This document shows positions 8,339 to 19,303 of a stretch of DNA of 64,000 nt, in pieces (position 1 is the stretch's first letter; every line of letters starts with the position of its first letter). This stretch comes from Planctomycetota bacterium (GTDB lineage: Bacteria > Planctomycetota > PLA2 > JAEUHO01): contig CAXQZU010000009.1 of NCBI GenBank assembly GCA_964228555.1, forward strand, positions 14,778-78,777, in the 5' to 3' direction. The notes beneath the pieces were generated by a model. The model made no database searches and had not been told where the DNA came from. It was given only the letters and a program-made list of their open reading frames with translations. A program made the translations under genes and the position numbers.

Positions 8339-10712
8339 CCCGGCTCGAGCCGCAGCAGGTCAGCGCCGGCGGGCGCATCCTCCTCGAGACGCATCGGGAG
8401 CCAGCCGCCCTGGCGCCACGGCTCGGTGAGGTCGTCGTAGTGGGCCGAGCCGGCGTGCGCGCACTGGCCGCCCAGGGTCACCATGCGCGCCTCGGCAGGG
8501 CGCCCGAGGTCCACCACCTGCCGGTAGGAGGGGCCCACCGTCATCGCCAGCGGCTTGTCGTGCGCGTACTGGCCGGAGGCGACCGCAAAGGGGCTGCCCG
8601 GCATCGGGAAGGGCCCCCGCGTGAAGGTGGGCGCCAGCCACGGCACGACACCGGCCGGGTGGTGCAGCGTGAGCGTGTGCGCCTCGCCCCAGGGCGTGTC
8701 CAGCGTGAAGCCGCGCTGCGCGAGGTCGGCCAGCATGTCGCGCAGCGCCTCGCCCAGCACCGTGGGGCGCGCGCCCACCGGCAGCCAAGGGCTGGCTGGG
8801 TCGGTCCAGGCGCGCCACAGCGGCCCGTCGAGCAGGTTCATGTTGCCCATCGTGCGCAGCAGCAGCGGGTCGCCCAGCAGCGCACCGAAGGTGCGGCGGC
8901 AGAGGTGGTGGTAGAGCAGGTGCGCGGGCAGCGTGCCCACGCTGGCCGCCTGCTCGGAGCCGTCCCACGCCAGCAGGCGGTCGATGGCCCGTCCCGCCGC
9001 AGGCTGCGAGCGCCGGGCACCCTCGCCGTGCGGCAGCAGCACGGCATGGCGCAGCACGCGCACCCAGCTGCCGTGCGCGTCGCGCTGCACGGCCGCGAGG
9101 TCGTCGGCCACGAGGTCACGGCGCGTGCCCAGCAGCGCAGTGATGCGCTCCGCACGCCAGCCCGGCTCGTAGAGGTGGCTGAGGTAGTGCGGGAAGCGCC
9201 CGTCCACCTGGGGCTGGTTGGCGCTCACCAGCTGGTCGTCGGGCCCGAGCAGCGCCGCGGGCCGTGCGCCCTCCTCCAGCTCGCCCTGCCAGTCCTCGGC
9301 GCTGCTGCGGCCGTCGCGCGGCAGGCCCGGGTGGCGGGACAGCGTGCGCACCGGCACGCGTCCCATGAGGCGCCAGCCCGCCTCGCGCGCGTCGGCATAG
9401 AGCAGGTTCTGGGCCGGGGCCGCGAAGCCGCGCACGGCTTCGGGCACCTCGCGCGCCGAGCGCGCGCGCCCGAGCGCGAGGAAGGCCTCGAGGTCGCGAC
9501 CCGGCTCCATCCACGTGGCGCGCAACGACAGCGACGGGCCCTCGTAGCCGGGAAAGGCGTCCGACACCAGCGGCCCGCGGTGCGTGCGACGCAGGCGGAA
9601 CATCACCGGGGCGGCGCCGCGGCGCCGGATCTCCAGGCTGGTGCTGGCCAGCTCGCGCCACGCACCGTCCACGCGGTAGCGGCGGCCGGCGGGATCGAGT
9701 TCCTCGATCCACACGTCCGCGTCGTCCAGCATCGCGTTCGTGCTGCCCCACGCCATGCCCGGCGTGCGCCCGATCACCACGCCCGGCGCACCGGGCAGGG
9801 TGGCCCCCACGGCCGCGTAGCGGTCACCGCGCACGCTGGCGAGGTACCACACCCCCGGCAAGGCCAGCTGCAGGTGCGGGTCGCTGGCCAGGATGGGACT
9901 GCCGGAGCGCGTGCGGCCGCTGCCCACGAGGAAGGCGTTGCTGCCCACGCCGCCCGGGGCCATGGGCAGGAAGGAGAGCGCGCCCGCCACGCTGCCGGCC
10001 ATCCAGCGCACCTGCGCGAGGCAGGCCTCCTCGGGCCCCGGCGGCAGGATCGCGGCGAGGTGCTCCGGGCGGCCCTCGAGCTGCTCGGCCAGCGTGGCGA
10101 ACACCGGCACCGAGCGCCACTTGAACGAGAGGCCCAGCGCCATGCCCTTGGCCACGAGCAACGTGTCGCGCGGGTGCCAGGGCTCGAGCGGGAGGCCCAG
10201 CAGGCGATGCTCCAGCGGCCGGCGCCGCCGCAGCACCTCCAGCGCAGCCTCCACGCCCGCGGCGTAGGCCTCCAGCAGGGCACGCCCCTCGTCGTCCGCG
10301 CGCTCCAGCGCGCGCGTGGCGGCCGGCAGCACGTCCAGCGCGTGCATCAGGCGGTCGGCATCCACGGTGGTGCGCCGCGCCCCGAAGGGCGGGAAGCCCA
10401 TGTCGCCCAGCGGGCGCTCGCCCACCAGCTCGCTGGTGCGGCCCGCGAGGGCCCGGCGCATGATGTCCATCTGGAAGAAGCGGTCCAGCCCGTGGCACAC
10501 GCCCAGCGCGGCGAAGGCGTCGGCATCGCTGGGGGCGGCCACGTGCGGCACGCCATGAGCATCGAACTGGACGCGTGCCCCCCCCACCATGCCGCGCACG
10601 CGCAGCGTGCCGCGGTGGGCCGGCTCCCCCCAGCGCGCGGCCAGGCACAGCGGGCCGCGCAGGGCGCGGCCCAGCCAGCCGTGCAGGCGCTGCCTCCACC
10701 CGCGCGAGGCGC

Positions 10713-10716
<4 letters not shown>
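8335..10716 (-). CDS. penicillin acylase family Ntn-hydrolase (penicillin amidase / AHL-acylase-like)
   Basis: C-terminal 793 aa of ORF 8335..11919. HGVPHVAAPSDADAFAALGVCHGLDRFFQMD, the spacer-to-beta-subunit GSNAFLVGSGRT (Ser nucleophile), and WGSTN. GTG start at 10716 forms a GTGA overlap with the stop of the upstream phosphomannomutase gene. No obvious signal peptide from this start. Confidence 0.8.
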
Positions 10717-12119
<1,403 letters not shown>

Positions 12120-12138
12120 GGCAGGGTGCGCGGGCCCG

Positions 12139-13137
12139 CTAGCGGGGGGCCGCGAGGCCGGCCTGCACCAGGTCGTGCAGTCGCACCATGCCCACGGCAC
12201 GCCCCTCCTCGTCCACCACCGGCAGCAGGTTGATGGGCGTGGGCTGGTGGCGTTCCATGACGTGCAGGGCCTCGTAGGCCAGCAGGTCGGGGCGCACCGA
12301 GGTCGGCGTCCGCGTCATCACCTCGCGGGCGGGCCTCGCGAGCAGGTCGGGCACCGAGCCCCCGGCACGCTGGATGGTGCGCCGCACGTCGCCGTCGGTG
12401 ATGAGCCCCACCAGGCGCCCTGCCGCATCCACCACGGAGACGCCGCCCAGCGCACCGCGCGTGACGGCCTCCAGCGCCTGCTGGAAGGTGGCGTCCACCG
12501 ACACGGTGGGATGCGTAGCCGGCCCACGCAGCAGGTCGATGACGCGCAGCGTGAGCTTGGTGCCGATGGCGCCGGAGGGATGGAACAGCGCGTACTGGGT
12601 CGCCCCGAAGCCGCGGCGCTCCATCAGGGCCACGGTGAGGGCATCGCCCAGCGCGATGGTGAGCGTGGTGCTGGTCGTGGGCACGAGGCCCATCGGGTCG
12701 GCCTCCGCCACCTTCCCCCACGCGAGCACGAGGTCGGCCGCCCGGCCCAGCGGGCTGTCGGCGTCTCCCGTGAGCGCGATCACGCGCGCTCCGAGGTTGC
12801 GCATCACGGGCACGAGGTCCACCACCTCGCGCGTGCGGCCGGAGTTGCTGATCGCCAGCACCACGTCCCGCCGGGTGACGATGCCCACGTCGCCGTGGAA
12901 GCCCTCGGCCGGGTGCAGGAACTGGCTGGGCGTGCCCGTGCTGACCAGCGTGCTGGAGAGCTTGGCCCCCACGTGGCCGCTCTTCCCCATGCCGCACACG
13001 ATCACGCGACCCTCGCAGGCGAGGAGCAGGTCCACCGCCTCGTCGAAGGCGCGGCCCAGGCTGCGCGCCAGGGCCTCGAGGGCCTCGACCTCGCGCCGGA
13101 TGACAGCGCGGCCGGTCTCGTGGGCAGGTGCAGGCAT
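12139..13137 (-). CDS. kpsF: arabinose-5-phosphate isomerase (KpsF/GutQ family; SIS plus tandem CBS domains)
   Basis: Internal ATG at 13137 of ORF 12139..13800. SIS motifs VIVCGMGKSGHVGAKL and VVLAISNSGRTRE, with C-terminal CBS pair. Confidence 0.85.
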   Translation of the reverse strand: MPAPAHETGRAVIRREVEALEALARSLGRAFDEAVDLLLACEGRVIVCGMGKSGHVGAKLSSTLVSTGTPSQFLHPAEGFHGDVGIVTRRDVVLAISNSGRTREVVDLVPVMRNLGARVIALTGDADSPLGRAADLVLAWGKVAEADPMGLVPTTSTTLTIALGDALTVALMERRGFGATQYALFHPSGAIGTKLTLRVIDLLRGPATHPTVSVDATFQQALEAVTRGALGGVSVVDAAGRLVGLITDGDVRRTIQRAGGSVPDLLARPAREVMTRTPTSVRPDLLAYEALHVMERHQPTPINLLPVVDEEGRAVGMVRLHDLVQAGLAAPR

Positions 13138-13199
13138 GCGCGCCAGAGTACCCGCAGGGCCTCGCACCCCGATGCTCCCGGGTCGCGTGACCGCGGCCG

Positions 13200-16019
13200 G
13201 TGCCCATGCGGGAAGCGGCCATGGCGCCTGCCCGACCGCTTCCCAGCGCCCTGTGCGGCGTGGTGGGCGGCCTGCTCTGCAGCGGCGCGCACGCCGGCAC
13301 GCCCCTGTTGGTGCTGGCCGGGTTGCTGGCCGCTGCGGCGTCGACGCGGGCCGCGGCCGCCGCCCTGGGCTTCGCGCTGGGCGTGCTGCTGGGCGCGGGC
13401 CTCGCGCGCGGGCAGGCCGCCTGGCCCTTGCCGCAGGAGGCGCTCGTCGAGGCCACGGGCACGGTGCGCTCCTGCGATCCTCCCGCACCGTCGGGCCAGC
13501 GCTTCGTGCTGGCGCTGGACGCGCCGCGCGGAGGCGGCCCGCAGCTGCAGGTGCGCTGGGACGCGAGGGACGCGCCCGCGCTGGCTCCCGGGGATCGCGT
13601 ACGCGCCGTGCTCGAGGTGCAGGATGCAGGGCGGCCGGGCTCGCCCGGCCTGCGGGACCCGCGACCCTGGCTGGCGCGACAGGGCCTGTGGGCCCGCGCC
13701 ACCGCGCAGGGCGAGGAGGCCGTGACGCTGCTGGGACGGGGCCACGGCGCCGCGCGCCTGCTCGCGCGGGCGCGTGAGCAGGCGTCGGCCGCGCTCTCAC
13801 GCCACCTGCGACCCGCCGACGCCGGCCTCGCGCGTGCCCTGCTGCTTGGCGACCGGGGTGCGCTCGCGCGCCGCGATGCCGAGGCCTTCCGGAGCGCGGG
13901 CCAGGGCCACCTCGTGGCGGTCTCCGGCCAGCACGTGGTGCTGGTGCTGGGCACGGTGCTGGTGCTGGCGCGCATGCTGGGCGTGCGCGGGCCCTGGCGC
14001 CTCGCGGCGGGACTGATCACGCTCGCGGCCTACGTGCCGCTGGCCGGCGCGGCCCCCTCCGCCGTGCGCTCGGGCCTCACCGCCAGCACCTGGCTGCTGG
14101 CGCGGCTGGGTGGACGCGAGGCCGTCGCGCTGGACGTCATCTGCGGCACGGCGCTCGCGATGCTGCTGGCCGACCCCGCGGCACTGCAGGACGCCGGCTT
14201 CACCTTGTCCTTCGCCGCGGTGCTGGGCATCGAATGCCTGGCGCCCCGGCTCGCGGCGGGCCTCGGTGCCGTGCCCATCCGCATCGCTGGCGTGCTGGAG
14301 CCATCGCGACCGCGCGTGCGCATGGCGCTGTGCGTGGCGCTGGCCGCGTGGCTGGCAGGAGCGCCGCTGGCACAGCACACCTTCGGCACGCTGGCCCCCG
14401 CGAGCGTGCCCGTGTCCCTGCTGGCGGTGCCGCTCGCCGCGGCCTTGCTGGGCCTCGCGGCGGCGGCGCTGGCGTTGGGCCCGCTGCCCCTGCTGGCGGA
14501 AGGCGTGCGCGGCCTCTTCGCTGCGACCGCGGACCTGCTGCGGGCCCTGCTCGCCCTGCCCGAGACCGCAGGCCTAGGCCTGCTGCAGGGCCCGCAGCCG
14601 GGGCCTGCCTGGCTCGTGGCCGCGCTGGGCCTGCTGGCCGTGGCCTGCGCAGGCCCGCCGCGCCTGCTGCGCTGGTCGCTGCTGGGGCTGGGGGCGCTGC
14701 TGCTGGGTGCGCTCGTCCCACACCCTCCTGCGGTGCCCCGCGCGCCCGAGGCCGTGGCACTCGAAGCGCCACGCGCACAGGCCGTGCTGCTGCGCCTGCC
14801 GGATGCGCGCAACGTCCTGCTGCTCGCAGGCGGTCCTGCGCTGGGTCCGGCGCTGCGCTGGGAGGTGCCGGAGGCGCTGCGCGCCCTCTGCGTGACGCGC
14901 CTGGACCTGCTCTGGCAGGCGAGCAGCGAGGGTCGCGCGCACCGTGATGCGCAGGCCCTCGCCGCGCGCCTGCAGGCCGGACCTGCACGGGTGGACGCGC
15001 CGGCCGATCCGGCCCACGTGCTGCTCTCGGGTGCGTGGGGCCGGCTCGAGGCTGCCACGCAGGCGGGCCGGCGCGTCGTGGACCTCGTGCAGAGAGGCCA
15101 GCGCACGCGCCTGCTGCCGCCGCCCGTGGAGGGCGAGGGTGCGTGGCGCCTGCGCACGGAGCCCGGCACTGCGGCCGGCTGGCAGCCATGGGGCACCGCG
15201 GCCCCCGCGCACGGGCTGGGCGAGTATCCTGCGCACGCGATGCTCGCGCCCGCGCCTCCCGATGCTGCCGCGCTGGGCCTGCTTGCCCTCGCGCTGGGCG
15301 GGTTCGCGCTCGCGTGCGTGCGACCGCTGCGCTGGCTGTCCCCGGGCGGCGCCCTGGCGGCCTTCGTGCTGGGCATGGCGGCGACGGCGACGCTGGGCTG
15401 GGCGGCGCTGGCAGCCCTGCTGGCCCCCTTCATCGTCGCCACGCTGCTGGGAAGGCTGCCGGGCCGTCCGCGGGAGGCTGGCCGCAGCGCACGGCAGGTG
15501 GCCTGCAACGGCTTGCCCGCACTGCTGGGTGCCGGCCTCGCGCTGGCTGGCCTGCGCGAGGCCGGCGCAGCCGTGCTGGTGGCCAGCCTCGCCTGCCTGG
15601 GGGCCGACACCTGCGCCACCGAGGTCGGCACGCGCTACGGAGGGCAACCCCGCTCGCTGTGGGGTGGCCGGCCGCTCGATCCGGGCACGAGCGGGGGCGT
15701 CACGCGGGCCGGCCTCGCAGCCTCGCTGCTGGGCGCGATGCTGTCCCCGCTGGCCTTCGGCTGCGTCGCGGGACTCGACCTCACGACGCAGGCATGGCTG
15801 GCCACGGCGGGTGTCGCAGGCGCGCTGCTCGACAGCCTGCTGGGCGCCACGCTGCAGTTCCGCGGGCGGGCCCCCGATGGGCGCGTGCTGGAGCAACGCA
15901 CGCTCGACGGCGTGGCGCTGGCCCGCGTGCGCGGCTGGCGCGTGCTCGACAACGACGCGGTCAACCTGGCCAGCGGCCTTGCCGCAGGCCTGCTGGGCTG
16001 GGCGCTCGTCGCGGCCTAG
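13200..16019 (+). CDS. ComEC/Rec2-like competence membrane protein fused to C-terminal DUF92 (COG1836/TMEM19-like) domain; no metallo-beta-lactamase HxHxDH motif
   Basis: 939-aa ORF (GTG 13200; ATG alternatives 13206 and 13221). ComEC core motif AFRSAGQGHLVAVSGQHVVLVLG; many TM helices; middle region lacks an HxHxDH motif; C-terminal 250 aa match DUF92 (GADTCATEVGTRYGG, DSLLGATLQ). Confidence 0.75.
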   Translation: MPMREAAMAPARPLPSALCGVVGGLLCSGAHAGTPLLVLAGLLAAAASTRAAAAALGFALGVLLGAGLARGQAAWPLPQEALVEATGTVRSCDPPAPSGQRFVLALDAPRGGGPQLQVRWDARDAPALAPGDRVRAVLEVQDAGRPGSPGLRDPRPWLARQGLWARATAQGEEAVTLLGRGHGAARLLARAREQASAALSRHLRPADAGLARALLLGDRGALARRDAEAFRSAGQGHLVAVSGQHVVLVLGTVLVLARMLGVRGPWRLAAGLITLAAYVPLAGAAPSAVRSGLTASTWLLARLGGREAVALDVICGTALAMLLADPAALQDAGFTLSFAAVLGIECLAPRLAAGLGAVPIRIAGVLEPSRPRVRMALCVALAAWLAGAPLAQHTFGTLAPASVPVSLLAVPLAAALLGLAAAALALGPLPLLAEGVRGLFAATADLLRALLALPETAGLGLLQGPQPGPAWLVAALGLLAVACAGPPRLLRWSLLGLGALLLGALVPHPPAVPRAPEAVALEAPRAQAVLLRLPDARNVLLLAGGPALGPALRWEVPEALRALCVTRLDLLWQASSEGRAHRDAQALAARLQAGPARVDAPADPAHVLLSGAWGRLEAATQAGRRVVDLVQRGQRTRLLPPPVEGEGAWRLRTEPGTAAGWQPWGTAAPAHGLGEYPAHAMLAPAPPDAAALGLLALALGGFALACVRPLRWLSPGGALAAFVLGMAATATLGWAALAALLAPFIVATLLGRLPGRPREAGRSARQVACNGLPALLGAGLALAGLREAGAAVLVASLACLGADTCATEVGTRYGGQPRSLWGGRPLDPGTSGGVTRAGLAASLLGAMLSPLAFGCVAGLDLTTQAWLATAGVAGALLDSLLGATLQFRGRAPDGRVLEQRTLDGVALARVRGWRVLDNDAVNLASGLAAGLLGWALVAA

Positions 16020-16074
16020 GGCGCGCCGCGCGCGGCCCCCCCGCCGGCCGGGAGCCGGGGAGGGTTGGTGCCCG

Positions 16075-16150
16075 CGCTAGGACTCGAACCTAGGACCCGG
16101 TGATTAAGAGTCACCTGCTCTACCAACTGAGCTACGCGGGCAGCAGGACG
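16075..16150 (-). tRNA. tRNA-Lys (anticodon CTT)
   Basis: Reverse complement reads GCCCGCGTAGCTCAGTTGGTAGAGCAGGTGACTCTTAATCACCGGGTCCTAGGTTCGAGTCCTAGCGCGGGCACCA: canonical cloverleaf, encoded CCA. Confidence 0.9.
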
Positions 16151-16204
16151 CAGAGGCTAGCCAGCCCGTCCCCACGCGCAAGCGCGGGCACGGGACCACC
16201 GGGC

Positions 16205-19057
16205 CTACGGCCGTCCCTGCTCGGGGCAGCCGGCATCGATCCAGGCGGCGATGCGGGCGATCTCGGCCTCGGTGGGCTTGCGCTTGCCGCGGGGCGGCAT
16301 GCGCTTCGTCGGCACCTCGGCCACGCGGCCGTCGGCGTAGGTGACCCACAGCGGCTCGCCCTTGAGGGCGCGCACGAGGTTGCTGCGGGCGCTGTCGCCA
16401 CGCACCAGCAGGGCCACCATGCCGTCCTCCCCTTCCACGCGCGGGAAGCGGAAGGCGAGGAACTCGTCGTAGGAAAGCTCCCAGAACTGCTGGTGGGGTG
16501 CGCTGCCCGCGTTGCTCATGTACGAGCCCAGCAGGGCCTTCACCTCCGCGAAGCCCGCCACGGAGGGCGCGGGCGGGGCTGGCTGCGCGGGCGCGGGGGG
16601 CGGGAAGCCTGCCGGCGCGGCGGGCTCGACCGGCGCCGGGGCGGGGAACCCAGCGGCGGGTGCAGCCGGGGCCGGCTCCGGGGCCGGGAAGCCTGCCGGT
16701 GCCGAGGGCTCGCTGGGCGCAGGGAAGCCGCCTGCGGGCGCAGGCTCGGCCGGTGCAGGGAACCCGCCGGGCGCGGCAGGCTCGGCAGGCGCCGGGAACC
16801 CGCCGGGCGCGGCGGGCTCAGCCGGCGCGGGGAACCCGCCAGGCGCAGCCGGCTCGCCCGGCCCGGGACCCGGCTGCGCCGCAGGGCTGGCCGCACCCGC
16901 GCCCGGCGGCAGCGGCGCCGAGCCCGGCTGCTCGGGACAGCCTGCATCGATCCAGGTGGCAATCTGCCCCAGTTGCTCGGGCGTGGGCTTGGTCTTGCCC
17001 CGCGGCGGCATGCGCTTGATGGAGACATCCTCGCGCCGGCCGTCGGCGTAGCGCACCGTCACGGGCTCGCCACGCAACGCCTTGAGCAGGTTGCTGGCCT
17101 TGCTGTCGCCCGGGACCACGAGCTGGATCTCGCCGTCCTCGCCCTCGGCCCTCGGGAAGCGGAAGGCGAGGAACTCGGCGTGCGAGAGCTCCCAGAACTT
17201 CTGGTGGGGCGAGCTGCCCGCCGTGCTCATCCACGAGCCGAGGATGGCCTGGATGCCCGCGTATCCCAGCGGGCTGCTGACGGCAGGCAGGCTGCCGCCC
17301 GGCCCGGCGTCGCGCGGCGGGGCCGTGCCCGGCCCCGGCTCGCGCACGGCGGCCCCGCCCTCGCCCGCCGGCACGGGCACGGGCTCGCGCGGCAGCGTGG
17401 AGGGCGTGCCCAGCACCTCGGGGCAGCCTGCGTCGATCCAGGCGGCAATCCGTTCCACCGTCTCGGCGGGGACGGGCGGCCGGCCCTTGGGCATGCGTGG
17501 CACGTCCTTGCGCGCCCAGGTGCCATCCGCACGCTGCACCAGGCAGCCACGGCCATCCACGAGCACGCGCACGAGGTTGCTCTCGCGGCTGTTCCACGGC
17601 CAGACGAGGCGGTAGCGCGTGCCGGCCTCGTCGGCATCCTCGAAGGTGGCCTTGACGAGCTCGGCGTAGCCCATCTCCTTCCAGAACGCACCGTGAGGGC
17701 TGCTGCCACCCGGGCTCTTGAGGTCCTTGAGCAGCTGCATCGCCTCGGCGAAGCCCAGGTCGTTGGCGCGCCCGGGCGAGGTCACGCCCGGCAGCAGGGA
17801 AGGCACCATGTCCGGCGGGCACTCCGGCGCTGCAGCCGCGTCCACGGAGCAGCCGACATTCATCGGGATGTCGGCGAAGTCGAACACCAGCGTCCAGTTG
17901 CCCTGGAAGAACTGGTAGGTGCGGATGAAGCGGCCCTTGGCCGTCTCCTCCTTGCCGAGCGCGTTCTTGGTGGCCAGGAACAGGCGCCCCATCGCGATCA
18001 CGTAGGCCCCGTCCAGCGGCGAGCGATCCTCGAACTGGGCCGGGTCGTAGGCGTAGCGCGCATCGATCAGCTGCAGGCGGGTCACCGAGCCACGGCCCAG
18101 CGCCTCGAAGTACGACCCCCACGCCTCGGCCACCTTGGTGGCGCCGCGCGCGAACACGCCGTCGGTGCGGAACAGCACCGGGGCCGAGCCCACGGGGAAG
18201 CAGCACTGGCCCAGCACGTCGGCGTCCCGCTCCCGCAGGGCCGTGAGCAGCGCCGACTCCAGCTGGCGGATGCCACGCTCCACGCGGCGCGTGATCCCGT
18301 CAGGTCCCACCTGCTCGCGGAAGGGCCCGGGCGGCGGGCTGCGGTGCACGAGGTCGATGGTGCTGGCGTCGTGTCGCCACGAGGTGCGCACGTGGTTGAC
18401 CACGGCCACCAGCTCCTCGTTGGTGAGGCGCGTGCCCCACGGCGGCATGATGCTGCCCGGCGCGCTGGTGACGATGAACGAGAGCAACGCGTACGGGTTC
18501 TCGGCGACCGCCTTGCCGCTGTCCCGCAGCATCGGCACCCGCGGCGGGGCGCCGTTGCCGTCCTCGCCGTGGCAGCGCGCACAGGTGTCGCCGTACACGC
18601 GCTCGCCCATGCGCACGAGGTCGCGTTCGCGGACGGAAGCGTCCTCGCCGTCCTGGTCCACCGGCGTCAGCAGGTAGGCCAGCGACCAGGCGCCCACCGC
18701 CAGCAGCAGCACCCACGCCCAGGTGGGGATGGGCTCCGGCGTCTCGGCGCGCTTGGGCTCGAAGTCGACCTCGGTGTTGCCGGCGTAGGCGTTGATGATG
18801 ACGTCGACCTGGCCGGCGATGGTCTGGTTCTCCTCGAGGCCGGAGACCGAGATGGCCACGCCGTTGCGCACCACGAAGGGCAGCTCCTTGATCGTGGGCG
18901 GCGCCAGCCCGTTGCTGGCCTCGATGCGCAGCACGTGCGGGCCGTCCGGCAGGTGCAGCGTGGTGAACTGGAAGCGCAGCGGCGGGTGCGCCACCTTGAA
19001 CGGCTCGGTGGCGCCGTCGAGGAAGAGCCGGATGGGTTCCTTGGCCTCTTGCTGCAT
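16205..19057 (-). CDS. CcoP-like membrane-anchored monoheme cytochrome c with three tandem heme-less PSCyt1-like repeats and a Pro/Ala-rich linker
   Basis: 950-aa ORF with ATG at 19057. Roughly 110-aa N-terminal domain, TM helix TWAWVLLLAVGAWSLAYLL, class I cytochrome c motif CARCHGEDGNG...IMPPWG, then three ~100-aa repeats (SSPHGAFWKE...RMPKG...IAAWIDAGCPE, SSPHQKFWEL...KRMPPRG...IATWIDAGCPEQ, SAPHQQFWEL...KRMPPRG...IAAWIDAGCPEQ). These resemble the planctomycete cytochrome c (PSCyt1) domain, but CxxCH is replaced by SPHxxFW. Last gene of the cco cluster. Confidence 0.75.
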   Translation of the reverse strand: MQQEAKEPIRLFLDGATEPFKVAHPPLRFQFTTLHLPDGPHVLRIEASNGLAPPTIKELPFVVRNGVAISVSGLEENQTIAGQVDVIINAYAGNTEVDFEPKRAETPEPIPTWAWVLLLAVGAWSLAYLLTPVDQDGEDASVRERDLVRMGERVYGDTCARCHGEDGNGAPPRVPMLRDSGKAVAENPYALLSFIVTSAPGSIMPPWGTRLTNEELVAVVNHVRTSWRHDASTIDLVHRSPPPGPFREQVGPDGITRRVERGIRQLESALLTALRERDADVLGQCCFPVGSAPVLFRTDGVFARGATKVAEAWGSYFEALGRGSVTRLQLIDARYAYDPAQFEDRSPLDGAYVIAMGRLFLATKNALGKEETAKGRFIRTYQFFQGNWTLVFDFADIPMNVGCSVDAAAAPECPPDMVPSLLPGVTSPGRANDLGFAEAMQLLKDLKSPGGSSPHGAFWKEMGYAELVKATFEDADEAGTRYRLVWPWNSRESNLVRVLVDGRGCLVQRADGTWARKDVPRMPKGRPPVPAETVERIAAWIDAGCPEVLGTPSTLPREPVPVPAGEGGAAVREPGPGTAPPRDAGPGGSLPAVSSPLGYAGIQAILGSWMSTAGSSPHQKFWELSHAEFLAFRFPRAEGEDGEIQLVVPGDSKASNLLKALRGEPVTVRYADGRREDVSIKRMPPRGKTKPTPEQLGQIATWIDAGCPEQPGSAPLPPGAGAASPAAQPGPGPGEPAAPGGFPAPAEPAAPGGFPAPAEPAAPGGFPAPAEPAPAGGFPAPSEPSAPAGFPAPEPAPAAPAAGFPAPAPVEPAAPAGFPPPAPAQPAPPAPSVAGFAEVKALLGSYMSNAGSAPHQQFWELSYDEFLAFRFPRVEGEDGMVALLVRGDSARSNLVRALKGEPLWVTYADGRVAEVPTKRMPPRGKRKPTEAEIARIAAWIDAGCPEQGRP
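16590..16870. repeat. imperfect tandem ~36-bp DNA repeats encoding the (E)PAAPGGFPAPA linker inside the CcoP-like gene
   Basis: Three near-identical units (ggcgcggg-aacccgccgggcgcggcaggctcggc) at about 16751-16858, preceded by more degenerate copies; encodes PAAPGGFPAPAEP x5. Confidence 0.6.
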
Positions 19058-19063
19058 GGCGGG

Positions 19064-19303
19064 CTAGCGGCTCCCACGGGCCGGGGGCACGGCCGGGGGG
19101 TCGTCCTCGAGGATCTGGCGCTTGATGTGGTCGGGTTCCTGCTCGCCGGGGGCGAAGGCGTAGCGTACGCACATCCAGATGGAGGCGAGCGCCGCCAGCG
19201 CGGCCGCCACGGCCACCGCCCACTCCCAGGGCCCCATGTCCTGGAAGTGGACATGGCTGCCGCCGGCCAGCAGCACCCCAGACAGGAGGCCGTCCTGCCC
19301 CAT
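19064..19303 (-). CDS. small single-TM protein, CcoQ-like candidate
   Basis: C-terminal 79 aa of ORF 19064..19732. TM WAVAVAAALAALASIWMCV followed by a charged tail. ATG at 19303 overlaps the ccoO stop (TGATG); alternative ATG at 19237 (MGPWEW...). Confidence 0.5.
   Translation of the reverse strand: MGQDGLLSGVLLAGGSHVHFQDMGPWEWAVAVAAALAALASIWMCVRYAFAPGEQEPDHIKRQILEDDPPAVPPARGSR

Noticed and set aside
16590-16870. Tandem DNA repeats considered as a possible intergenic or CRISPR-like element
   Set aside because: They lie inside a continuous ORF and encode a PAAPGGFPAPA linker; units are contiguous without spacers.
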